This document shows positions 9,001-15,945 of a DNA stretch of 32,000 bases, in pieces. Numbering within the stretch: the stretch's first letter is position 1; the number at the start of each line of letters is the position of its first letter. A program made the translations under genes and the position numbers. The notes under the pieces are model-generated. The model did no database searches. It was not told the origin of the DNA and saw only the letters and a list, made by a program, of their open reading frames with translations. Source of the DNA: Phycisphaera mikurensis NBRC 102666 (lineage in GTDB: Bacteria > Planctomycetota > Phycisphaerae > Phycisphaerales > Phycisphaeraceae); NCBI RefSeq assembly GCF_000284115.1, contig NC_017080.1, positions 2,520,001 to 2,552,000 of the forward strand, written 5' to 3'.

Positions 9001-9979
9001 GAACGCTCCCCGCCTGCTTCTGGGGTCGCGGGTCGTGGAGCGGCTCGGCTTCGCGGGCGACAACCGCGACCGCCCCGCCGTCCTCCGGCTCCGTGGCGTC
9101 GACGCGAGCGTCTACGGCGGCGTCCTCGGCGGCGAGGTCCGGGTGCGGCTGGGGGACGACGACCGTGCCGGCGGCCCGCCGCCGGGAGGCGGTTCCTTCG
9201 CCGTGGACCTGCGGCTGAGCGGGGCGGAAGCCGAGTCGGTGCTCTACCCCGATGAAGTGGCCGCGTCGCCGACCGAGCCCGCGGAGCCGCGGATCGCGTC
9301 GCTGCCGCCGCTCCCGCCGCCGCGGTCCGCGGGCGGCGGGCCGTCGCTGGTCTCCCCCCCGCGGAGGGCGACGGCGCCGCCGGAGGACCGCGACCGGGCG
9401 GTGGGCGGGCGGCTCTGGGCCGCGCTCGCCGCCGCGGGCGAGGCCGGGCGCCCCGAAACCCTCGAAGGCCGCGGCCGCGTCCGGATCCGCGGCGGCGACC
9501 TGCTCAAGGGCCAACGCGGGATCGGGCTGCTCCGGGCCATCAATCTCGCGCTGCCGACCAGCGAGCCGCTCGGCGACGCCGACGGCCGCTTCGTGCTGGT
9601 CGACGGGCAGGTCCGCGTGGAGGACGCGCAGATCCGCGGGGCGAGCCTGTCGCTCAACGGCCGGGGGTCGGTTGACCTGCCCGGCGGCGAGCTCTACCTC
9701 ACCTTCTTCTCGCGCGTCGAGACGAATCGCTGGCTGCGCGGCATCAAGCGGCTGTTCGACTCCATCAAGGACGAGTTCATCGGCATCGAGGTCGGCGGGA
9801 CGCTCTGGGAGCCGGACGCACGCGTCACGGGCTTGACCGGGCTCCGCGGCGCGGTCGACGAGCGGCTCGGCGAGACGGCACCGCCGCGGACCGTGCCCGC
9901 CCCGGCCGTGCCCGCACCCGGCCCCGAACCCGAACCCGCCCCCACCCCCGCCGCGGTCACCACACCGCCGGCTCGCTGA
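6008..9979 (+). CDS. Large AsmA/TamB-like protein (N-terminal TM anchor, ~1323 aa, beta-repeat-rich)
   Basis: Single N-terminal hydrophobic segment (RLAWSALTLATLGIVAASVL) followed by GQLAGALRAEVALDRATLSLGGVLTLHGLGVALP and repeated G-x-(V/L)-x-(G)-x-(V/A) segments; C-terminal AsmA-like LLRAINLALPTSEPLGDADGRFVLVDGQVRVEDAQIRGASLSLNGRGSVDLPGGELYLTF. Confidence 0.8.
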   Translation: MQPPAPAPAAPEDAPARRRRWPRRLAWSALTLATLGIVAASVLTRPAVLTPLVRGQLAGALRAEVALDRATLSLGGVLTLHGLGVALPEDAVPEGEPEAAEYRRLLNLKRLTLRIGRRDLLRGRVNLERIEVAGPTLHAVLEGPEGTSNLRAWADRFRDGRPHDDDGGPVVLPPEIFVRDAALELVQLDAGGAPGGVAEVVARHRLGFDGTVIPQGTGLGAKLAFELTGRAAPGSAAAPGTEVSGSWTPARQELVLSVERMDLASPLGLLMPPAVRALWRDLDPAGALPALTLETRLDRTGTERLQRARLEVAGLSFRLPLASLELLPEGESQRDAPRMSSVSGSVVLEDGRIASDGLSGQIEGIRVRIAGSADLEEGGGVALVAETEPFEVPATPPLLFRLPGLISQIYEEYRPSGRFAARVEVTREAGGPVGIDGRVRAIDARAVFHAFPFPLQGLEGELLLDRDTLRIRGLSASGPTGGRVVLDGDITQPGPDAGIDLSIRVEDVPLDATLLAAMDPDLRERIRGFFDAASAQRLADASPEAEAPFDPGGRLRGVVRVLRDTAIRPRSWIELDLDPEGLRVMLPEFAYPLTVRSGSVRTGAEEVRLNDLVVTGPTGGAGVIRGRVGLGEADRPARIDIRLVDFSLPVDRHLLGALDADAAAWLRRLGVRGRIVGGGLVGSAAVRPRAGDPSPAEPVDAERLRLQLDLRLVDGRAGLWGNEATLTGLEAEARVTRDVLRLDRLRADWPGGGSFTGEGRIEIPSGRLRLDIEADDVRFDAAVARMIPPESPARAAALDFFATYDLSGTADGNLLLRTRDAAGDGEATLDVALDVRPTAVAARYGGRRVAIGAVTGRVAIDEDAATLAGLSGATPTGSVGVSGRVPFNEVDPAWLRIDAQGDTADPVLLAFTPAAVRDAAAGVGLGGGVRLEDATLRLGPTPADAPPDATLPFAFEGGVVLTDATATLGVPIAEAGVAARVRAVGGGAEPWPDIKLLVNAPRLLLGSRVVERLGFAGDNRDRPAVLRLRGVDASVYGGVLGGEVRVRLGDDDRAGGPPPGGGSFAVDLRLSGAEAESVLYPDEVAASPTEPAEPRIASLPPLPPPRSAGGGPSLVSPPRRATAPPEDRDRAVGGRLWAALAAAGEAGRPETLEGRGRVRIRGGDLLKGQRGIGLLRAINLALPTSEPLGDADGRFVLVDGQVRVEDAQIRGASLSLNGRGSVDLPGGELYLTFFSRVETNRWLRGIKRLFDSIKDEFIGIEVGGTLWEPDARVTGLTGLRGAVDERLGETAPPRTVPAPAVPAPGPEPEPAPTPAAVTTPPAR

Positions 9980-10763
9980 TCCGGGTGCCCGGCCCCGCCA
10001 GCTCCGCCCACGGCACGGCGGCGAGCGGCCCCAGGAACGAGGGCGGCATCGCCGCGTCCGCTTCGCGGTGCCGCGGCAGCTTCGCGAGCACCTTGATGCC
10101 CGTCGTCCGCTCCAACCAGGTGGGGTTGCTCGGGGCGGTGGGATCGCCGGCCGCGACGCCGTCCGCGTCGTTGACCACGAGCCCGACGACCCGGCATCCG
10201 GCCGCCTGGAGCACCTCGACGCTCATGGCGGTGTGGGAGAGCGTGCCCAGCCCGGCACGGGTCACCACGACCACCGGGTAGCCGACGTCGGCCGCGAACT
10301 CGGCCACGGTGTACCGCGGCTGCCTGGGGTCCAGGGGCACCTTCGGCCCGCCGATCCCCTCGACCAGCAAGAGGTCGCTGGCGGCGTCCAGGGACGACAG
10401 GGCTTCGCCGATGGCGTCGAAGTCGATCGTGCGTCGCTCGTGCTCCGCGGCCGCGGCGGGGCTGGCGGGCAGCTCGAAGGCCTGCGGGCAGAGCCGCTTC
10501 CGCTCGGCCGGGTCGCCGGGGTCCAGGTCGCCGGCGGCCATCAACCGGTCGATGTCCTCCCCCGCCCAGCCCGTGCGGCACCGGCGGCAACCCGTGGCGA
10601 AGGGCTTGCAGAGACCGATCCGGGTGCGGCGCTGCCCCGCTCCGGGGCTGCGACGCCGGAACGCCTCGGCGATGCCGCAGACGACCTCGGTCTTGCCCAC
10701 CCCCGTGTCGGTCGCCGTGACGAAGAGTCCGTTGCGTGCGGGTTGTGCGGGCCAGCTGAACAT
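9957..10763 (-). CDS. bioD: Dethiobiotin synthetase-like (BioD family) ATPase
   Basis: GLFVTATDTGVGKTEVVCGIAEAF P-loop, KPFATG, LLLVEGIGGPKVPLD, VVVVTRAGLGTLSHTAMSVEVLQAAGCRVVGLVVN motifs. Its 3' end overlaps the AsmA-like ORF by 23 bp, tail to tail. Confidence 0.85.
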   Translation of the reverse strand: MFSWPAQPARNGLFVTATDTGVGKTEVVCGIAEAFRRRSPGAGQRRTRIGLCKPFATGCRRCRTGWAGEDIDRLMAAGDLDPGDPAERKRLCPQAFELPASPAAAAEHERRTIDFDAIGEALSSLDAASDLLLVEGIGGPKVPLDPRQPRYTVAEFAADVGYPVVVVTRAGLGTLSHTAMSVEVLQAAGCRVVGLVVNDADGVAAGDPTAPSNPTWLERTTGIKVLAKLPRHREADAAMPPSFLGPLAAVPWAELAGPGTRISEPAVW

Positions 10764-10900
10764 CGCCTCCGAGGATAAAGGCGCCCCATGGCAAACCGGA
10801 ATGGAGGCTTGGGTGCGGACCGGCCGAAAGCGTGCCGGGTCCGCCCTCCCGCTCCGGAGGCGCCTTCACCGGGAGCACGACCTCCAAAGGAACCGCCGCC

Positions 10901-11131
10901 ATGGACAGCCCCCTCCACGACCTCCTCGACATCCAGCGTCGTCTCGATTCCCTGCGCGGCAGCGCCTTCCGCGGGACCGCTCGGCACGACGCCGCGACGG
11001 ACCGGCTGCGCCGCCGGATCGTCACGCTCATCGCCGCCGACCCCGCGGGGCCGCACGCGGGCGCCCTCGGCTGCGCACTGGAGATGATCGGCTGGATGGG
11101 CCCCGCCGCACCGGTCCGCGCCGCCGGCTGA
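10901..11131 (+). CDS. Small hypothetical protein (76 aa)
   Basis: MDSPLHDLLDIQRRLDSLRGSAFRGTARHDAATDRLRRRIVTLIAADPAGPHAGALGCALEMIGWMGPAAPVRAAG; amphipathic, plausible composition, occupies an otherwise empty gap. ORF track opens at 10832. Confidence 0.45.
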   Translation: MDSPLHDLLDIQRRLDSLRGSAFRGTARHDAATDRLRRRIVTLIAADPAGPHAGALGCALEMIGWMGPAAPVRAAG

Positions 11132-11145
11132 AGCGGGGCTCGCCC

Positions 11146-11193
11146 GCCGCGGACCGCCGGCCCCGGGCGGATCGGAGGCCGGCGGTCCGCGGC
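11146..11193. repeat. Perfect 17-bp inverted repeat between convergent genes (copy A of dispersed palindrome)
   Basis: GCCGCGGACCGCCGGCC (11146-11162) and GGCCGGCGGTCCGCGGC (11177-11193), 14-nt loop. Confidence 0.95.
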
Positions 11194-11194
11194 G

Positions 11195-12544
11195 TCAGCG
11201 CCGCGCCCGCGCGGAGGCGGCGTGGGCGGCGAGGCCTTCGGCGTCGGCGAGCGCGGCGACGTCGTCAATGGTCCGCTCCGACATCCCGCCGGGGTAGGCC
11301 ACCGTGCCGGTCCGCTTCATGAAGGTGTAGACGCTGACGCCCGAGGTGAATCGGGCCGTCGTGCCGGTGGGCAGGCAGTGCGACGGGCCGGCGTGGTAGT
11401 CGCCGGCGGCGACGGGCGTGGCGTCACCCAGGAACACCTCCCCGGCGTGGCGGATGCGGGCCGCCGCCGCCGCGGGGTCCTCCACCGCGAGCGTCAGGTG
11501 CTCGGTCGCCAGCTCGTCGGCCACCGCGCAGGCCGCGGCGAGGTCGCCGACCCGGACGACGCAGCTCTCCGCCGCGAGCGCTCTGCGGATCGCGTCGGCG
11601 CGGGGCAGCGACGGAAGCTGCCGCTGGATCTCGGCGAGCACGGCGGCGATGACGCCCCCGTCCCAGCAGACCAGGAAGCACTTGCCGGGGTCGTGCTCGG
11701 CCTGCGCGAGGAGGTCGGCGGCGACCCGGACCGGATCGGCCGAAGCGTCGGCCACCACGACGACCTCCGAGGGGCCGTAGAACCCGCCATCGGTGCCGCA
11801 CACACCCGCGACACGGGCTTTGGCCAGCTGCACGACGGGGTGCCCCGGACCCGCGATCATCTCCACCGGGCGGATCGTCTCGGTGCCGTACGCGAGCGCC
11901 GCGACGGCCTGAGCCCCGCCGCAGCGGTAGACGCGGGTGAGGCCGAGCAGCCCGCAGGCCGCCTTGAAAGCCTCCGAGACGTCTTGCGCCGGCCGGCCCT
12001 CCCGCCGGTAGGGCCGCGGGTGGACCACCGCGATCCGCTCGAGCGGAACGCCCGCCACCTCGGCGGGCACGGCGAGCATCACCACCGTGGAGAAGAGCGT
12101 GGCGGAGGCACCGGGCACGAGGCAGCCGACGCTGCCGACCGGCGTCCAGCGGAGCCCCAGCTCGGCGTCGCCGACGCGGACCGGCGGGCGGTCTTCCGGA
12201 CGGATGTGCTCCTGATAGGTCCGCACGTTGTCGATCGATCGGCGGAGCGCGTCGCGGAGGCGCGGGTCCAGGTGGTCCGCGGCGTCTGCCAGCTCTTGCT
12301 CGGGGATCAGGAGGTCTTCCGCCCGGAAGCCGGGGTCGGTCCAGCGACGCTCCAGCTCCACCACCGCCGCGTCGCCACCGTCCCGCACGGCGGCGAGGCC
12401 CGCTTCCGCGGCCCGGACGTAAGCCGGTTCCGCCGCCCCGGCCGTCGCCCGCAGGCGTGCGAGCCGGGCCGCGAAGGAGGCGCGGCCCTCGGGCTCGCGG
12501 GTGTCGTAGACGGGCATCTCCAGACCGGCGGTTGCAGCGGGCAT
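11195..12544 (-). CDS. hisD: Histidinol dehydrogenase
   Basis: RWTPVGSVGCLVPG, GGAQAVAALAYGTETIRPVEMIAGPG, LLAQAEHDPGKCFLV, DELATEHLTLAVED, GPSHCLPTGTTARFTSGVSVYTFMKRTG. The ORF extends to 12625; internal ATG at 12544 preferred because the upstream extension overlaps the divergent gene. Confidence 0.93.
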   Translation of the reverse strand: MPAATAGLEMPVYDTREPEGRASFAARLARLRATAGAAEPAYVRAAEAGLAAVRDGGDAAVVELERRWTDPGFRAEDLLIPEQELADAADHLDPRLRDALRRSIDNVRTYQEHIRPEDRPPVRVGDAELGLRWTPVGSVGCLVPGASATLFSTVVMLAVPAEVAGVPLERIAVVHPRPYRREGRPAQDVSEAFKAACGLLGLTRVYRCGGAQAVAALAYGTETIRPVEMIAGPGHPVVQLAKARVAGVCGTDGGFYGPSEVVVVADASADPVRVAADLLAQAEHDPGKCFLVCWDGGVIAAVLAEIQRQLPSLPRADAIRRALAAESCVVRVGDLAAACAVADELATEHLTLAVEDPAAAAARIRHAGEVFLGDATPVAAGDYHAGPSHCLPTGTTARFTSGVSVYTFMKRTGTVAYPGGMSERTIDDVAALADAEGLAAHAASARARR

Positions 12545-12605
12545 CGCGCGAGCGTACGGCGCCTGGGAGGAAGCCTCCGGCGGATGCTCTAGATTCAGCC
12601 CTTCC

Positions 12606-13676
12606 ATGTCGCCGACCACGCTCATCCTGCTCTATTGCCTCGCGATCCTGGGCGCTTCCCTGCTGGGGGGTTTGCTGCCGCTGTTCCTGCGGCTGGGCCA
12701 CACCGGCACGCAGGTGATGATGTCCGCCGTCGCGGGCTTCATGCTCGGCGTCGCGGTGCTGCACATGCTCGGGCACGCGCTGCCGGAGGCGTCCAGCACG
12801 CAGGCGGCGCTGCTGTGGCTGCTCGGCGGCTTCTTGATGATGTTCTTCACCGAGCGGTTCTTCGCGTGGCACCACCACGACCTGCCGGGCGGGCACATGC
12901 ACGCCGCCGGTGAAACCGGCCACGGCCACGAGCACGATGAGCGGGCCGCCCCCGTCGCGGCGCCCGCGAAGGGCCGGATGCACTGGGCCGGGGCCCTCGT
13001 CGGGATGTCGATCCACTCGCTGGTCTCGGGCATCGCGCTCGCCGCGGCGGTGGCGGCCGGGACGCTCGGCGACCCCGGCGGTGGCGAGGCCGGCGGCCTC
13101 GCCGGCCTCGCCGTGCTGCTGGCGATCCTCGGCCACAAGCCGCTGGACGCCCTCACCGTCGTCGGCCTCGCTCACGCCTCGGGCATCCGCCTCCGGCGGG
13201 CGCACCTGCTCAACGCCGGCTTCGCGTTGGTCGAGCCGCTGGGCGTGCTGGCGGCGTGGTGGGGCCTCACCGCCTTCTTCCACAGCCACCCGGGGGTGAC
13301 CCCCGCGGCGCTGGCGTTCTCCGCCGGCACCTTCCTGTGCATCGCCCTGTCGGACCTCCTGCCCGAGGTGCAGTTCCACAAGCACGACCGGCTGAAGCTC
13401 TCCTTCGCGCTGCTGCTGGGCTTGTCGGCGGCGTGGGGCATCGGGCTGCTCGAGGGGGACCACCACCACCACGGGCACGCCGGGCACGGAGCCGCCGCGA
13501 ACCACGCCGACCATCCCCATGAGGACGGCCATGCCCACCGAGACGGCCACGCCCACCACGACGGCCACGGGGAGCACGATCACCACGGCGATCACGCCCA
13601 CCGCGGGGAGGCGCAGCGGGGCTCAGGCGATCACGCCGGTCACGCCCACGGACCGGCGCCCCGAGCAGGCGAGTGA
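12606..13676 (+). CDS. ZIP-family metal transporter with long histidine-rich C-terminal tail
   Basis: HMLGHALPEA, MSIHSLVSGIALAAAV, AILGHKPLDALTVV, GTFLCIALSDLLPEVQFH motifs characteristic of ZIP; His-rich loop and tail. Confidence 0.88.
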   Translation: MSPTTLILLYCLAILGASLLGGLLPLFLRLGHTGTQVMMSAVAGFMLGVAVLHMLGHALPEASSTQAALLWLLGGFLMMFFTERFFAWHHHDLPGGHMHAAGETGHGHEHDERAAPVAAPAKGRMHWAGALVGMSIHSLVSGIALAAAVAAGTLGDPGGGEAGGLAGLAVLLAILGHKPLDALTVVGLAHASGIRLRRAHLLNAGFALVEPLGVLAAWWGLTAFFHSHPGVTPAALAFSAGTFLCIALSDLLPEVQFHKHDRLKLSFALLLGLSAAWGIGLLEGDHHHHGHAGHGAAANHADHPHEDGHAHRDGHAHHDGHGEHDHHGDHAHRGEAQRGSGDHAGHAHGPAPRAGE

Positions 13677-13734
13677 CGCGTGACGGGCCGGAGATCGATC
13701 CGGGCACCGCGTCGGCCCTGATGCTGCGCAGCAT

Positions 13735-13765
13735 CGATCCCGGCTCGCCGACGCGGCCGGGATCG
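13735..13765 (+). terminator. Hairpin after the ZIP gene (10-bp perfect stem)
   Basis: CGATCCCGGC (13735-13744) and GCCGGGATCG (13756-13765), followed by GCTTTCGCTT. Confidence 0.5.
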
Positions 13766-13778
13766 GCTTTCGCTTGCC

Positions 13779-13802
13779 CCCGGGGCGCCTCGTGGCGCCC
13801 GG
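13779..13802 (-). terminator. Hairpin just after the RRM gene stop
   Basis: GGGCGCC tcgt GGCGCCC core stem (13783-13800), extendable to about 9 bp with one bulge. No T tract. Confidence 0.4.
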
Positions 13803-13807
13803 ACGCT

Positions 13808-14146
13808 TCACCAGCGGTTGCCACCGCCGCCGCCGCCGCGGTTGCCACCGCCGCCGCCGCCGCGGTTCCCGCCGCCGCCGTAGCCGCCGCCGCCGCCGCT
13901 GCGGGGCGCCCGCTCCTGCGCCTCGTTGACGCGGAGGGGACGGCCCTCGAAGTCGGAGCCGTCGAGGGCGTCGATCGCCTTCTTGGCGTCCTCGTCACCC
14001 ATCGTGACGAAGCCGAAGCCGCGCGAGCGGCCGGTCTCACGGTCCGTCAGGACGATGGCGTCCGAAACGCTGCCGTAGTTGGAGAAGAGGGCCTCAAGGT
14101 CCTCCGTCGTCGTCCGCCAAGCCAGATTGCCCACGTACATCTTCAT
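13808..14146 (-). CDS. RRM-domain RNA-binding protein with glycine-rich C-terminal tail
   Basis: RNP2-like [11 protein letters not shown]1 [10 protein letters not shown], then [36 protein letters not shown] track opens at 14185; start at 14146 or 14140 more plausible. Confidence 0.93.
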   Translation of the reverse strand: MKMYVGNLAWRTTTEDLEALFSNYGSVSDAIVLTDRETGRSRGFGFVTMGDEDAKKAIDALDGSDFEGRPLRVNEAQERAPRSGGGGGYGGGGNRGGGGGGNRGGGGGGNRW

Positions 14147-14483
14147 CAGAATCAAACCTTCATAGAGGAACGCAGCCACCGCCAAAGACCCGCCATCGCG
14201 GCGTCATCGTCGGGGTTCATCGTTCCAGTCGTTCGTGAGGAAACAACGCTCAACGTGGGCTCAACCGGAAGCTGGCCTCGGAAAAACATCAGTCCTCGCA
14301 CTTGAAAAAGGACCGACGACAGCCGCCGACCCGTGTGGATCATACCTGCGCACCGGGCCTCCGCACGCCGTCGCCCGCAACTTCGGGCCCGCCGCCCGCG
14401 CTGGCCGATAGATTCAACCGTTGAGCGGACGGCACGGCTGCCCCGCCCGAACCCGGTTCCCCCGCGTGCCCGCGACCCACGGA

Positions 14484-15578
14484 ATGGCCAGAGACACCAA
14501 AGTCGGGATGCTGCTGGGGCTGGGGATCATCCTCCTGGTCGGCATCTTCGTGTCCGACCACCTGCGTCCGGCCCAGGAGCCGCCGCAGCAGGCGGCGGCC
14601 GGGTTCGCCGGTGCCGCGATGGATCGCGGGCAGCCCGCGGGCGAGTCGGACGCTCCCGCGGGCGGCGCGGCCGAAGTCGGCTTCATCCCGATGGGCCCGC
14701 CCACGCCGCCGCCCGCGGGCGGCGGCGTGGCCTCCGCCACCACCGCCTTCGCCGCCCCGCTGCCGGCATTCCGGCCCGAGACGCCGGCCGCCGGTGCCGA
14801 CGAGCCGCTGCTGGTCCCGCGGGTGGCCGGCCCGGCGGTGCCCGCGCCGGCCCTGGGCGGCCGCGGCGGCGAGCGGGTGCTGCTGGTCCGCACCGGCGAC
14901 ACGCTCGAACAGATCGCCTTCGAGCTCTACGGAGCCACGGGCTACGCCGAGGCGCTCGCGGTGGCGAACCCCGGCGCCGTCGACATCAACGGCCGGCTGG
15001 TCGCCGGCTCGCGGCTGATCGTTCCGGATTACGCCGGGGCCGTTCCGCCCGGGGTCGCCGCCGCCCCGCCGCCGCCGGCGCCCGCGGCGGCGGCCGTGGT
15101 GCTCCCGCCGCCGCCGGCGCCCGAGCTCCGGGCCGCCCCTACGCCGGCCGAGACGGCCGCTGCCGAGGTCCGCGTGGAGGTCCGCCCCGGCGACAGCCTC
15201 AGCCGCCTCGCCGCGCGGCACCTCGACGACGCCCGCCGCTTCGAGGAGCTCTACGAGGCCAACCGCGACGTGCTCAGCAGCCCCGACGCGGTGCAAGCCG
15301 GCATGACGCTGCGCCTGCCCGCGGGCGAGACGGGCCGCGGGGTCTCGGCTTCGGTGGCGGCCGCGGCCTCGCCGCCGCGGGTGGCTGCGCCGCCGGCGAC
15401 GGCCTCCGTGGGCGGCGTCGGCCTCTACACGGTGCAACCCGGTGATTCGCTTTCGCGGATCGCCAGCCGGGTCCTCGGCGACCCGAACCGGTGGAACGAG
15501 CTCTACGAAGCGAACCGCGACACGCTCGGCTCGCCCGACAGTGTCGTCGTCGGCCAGGAGCTGCGCGTCCCCGGCTGA
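14484..15578 (+). CDS. Membrane-anchored LysM-domain protein (three LysM motifs)
   Basis: MARDTKVGMLLGLGIILLVGIFVSDHL TM segment; VLLVRTGDTLEQIAFELYG..., VEVRPGDSLSRLAARHLDD..., LYTVQPGDSLSRIASRVLGDPNRWNELYEAN... LysM motifs. Confidence 0.88.
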   Translation: MARDTKVGMLLGLGIILLVGIFVSDHLRPAQEPPQQAAAGFAGAAMDRGQPAGESDAPAGGAAEVGFIPMGPPTPPPAGGGVASATTAFAAPLPAFRPETPAAGADEPLLVPRVAGPAVPAPALGGRGGERVLLVRTGDTLEQIAFELYGATGYAEALAVANPGAVDINGRLVAGSRLIVPDYAGAVPPGVAAAPPPPAPAAAAVVLPPPPAPELRAAPTPAETAAAEVRVEVRPGDSLSRLAARHLDDARRFEELYEANRDVLSSPDAVQAGMTLRLPAGETGRGVSASVAAAASPPRVAAPPATASVGGVGLYTVQPGDSLSRIASRVLGDPNRWNELYEANRDTLGSPDSVVVGQELRVPG

Positions 15579-15621
15579 ACCCGGCGCCGCCCGGCTCGCG
15601 GGCCGAACCGCCCTCCACCTC

Positions 15622-15945
15622 ATGCGACTGCTCGTCCTGGTCCTCGCCCTCGGCCTCATCGCCTCCGCCGTGCTGGAGCTGCGCCAGCGTCGCCTCGAGC
15701 GGCTGCACGCGATGGCGGTGCTGCACATGGACATGGACCGCCACCGCCGGACCGCCTGGGACCTGCAGCACCGCGTCAGCGAAGCCACCTCGCCGGCGGC
15801 GCTGCTGGCACGCCTCGGGCTCGCGGACCCGGCCCTGGCGAACGCGAGCCAGGGGAGCTCCGAGCCGGCGGCTCCCGGATCCGAGCCGGCCTTCCGGCCG
15901 ATCCCGCAGGTGGAGCCGGCGGCGGGCTCGGGGGCACCGCGATGA
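15622..15945 (+). CDS. FtsL-like bitopic division protein
   Basis: MRLLVLVLALGLIASAVLELRQRRLERLHAMAVLHMDMDRHRRTAWDLQHRVSEATSPAALLARLGL: short TM then charged helical region; 4-nt overlap (ATGA) with the downstream PBP gene. Confidence 0.65.
   Translation: MRLLVLVLALGLIASAVLELRQRRLERLHAMAVLHMDMDRHRRTAWDLQHRVSEATSPAALLARLGLADPALANASQGSSEPAAPGSEPAFRPIPQVEPAAGSGAPR

Noticed and set aside
5777-9514. 1245-aa antisense ORF opposite the AsmA-like gene
   Set aside because: High-GC spurious ORF rich in Arg/Pro/His/Gly, antisense to a convincing CDS.
9881-9893. 13-nt match CCGCCGCGGACCG to the dispersed palindrome inside the AsmA-like gene
   Set aside because: One-sided match within a Pro-rich coding segment with no second arm; likely chance.
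11424-13601. 725-aa (-) ORF covering hisD and ZIP
   Set aside because: Out-of-frame shadow of hisD and antisense of the ZIP gene.
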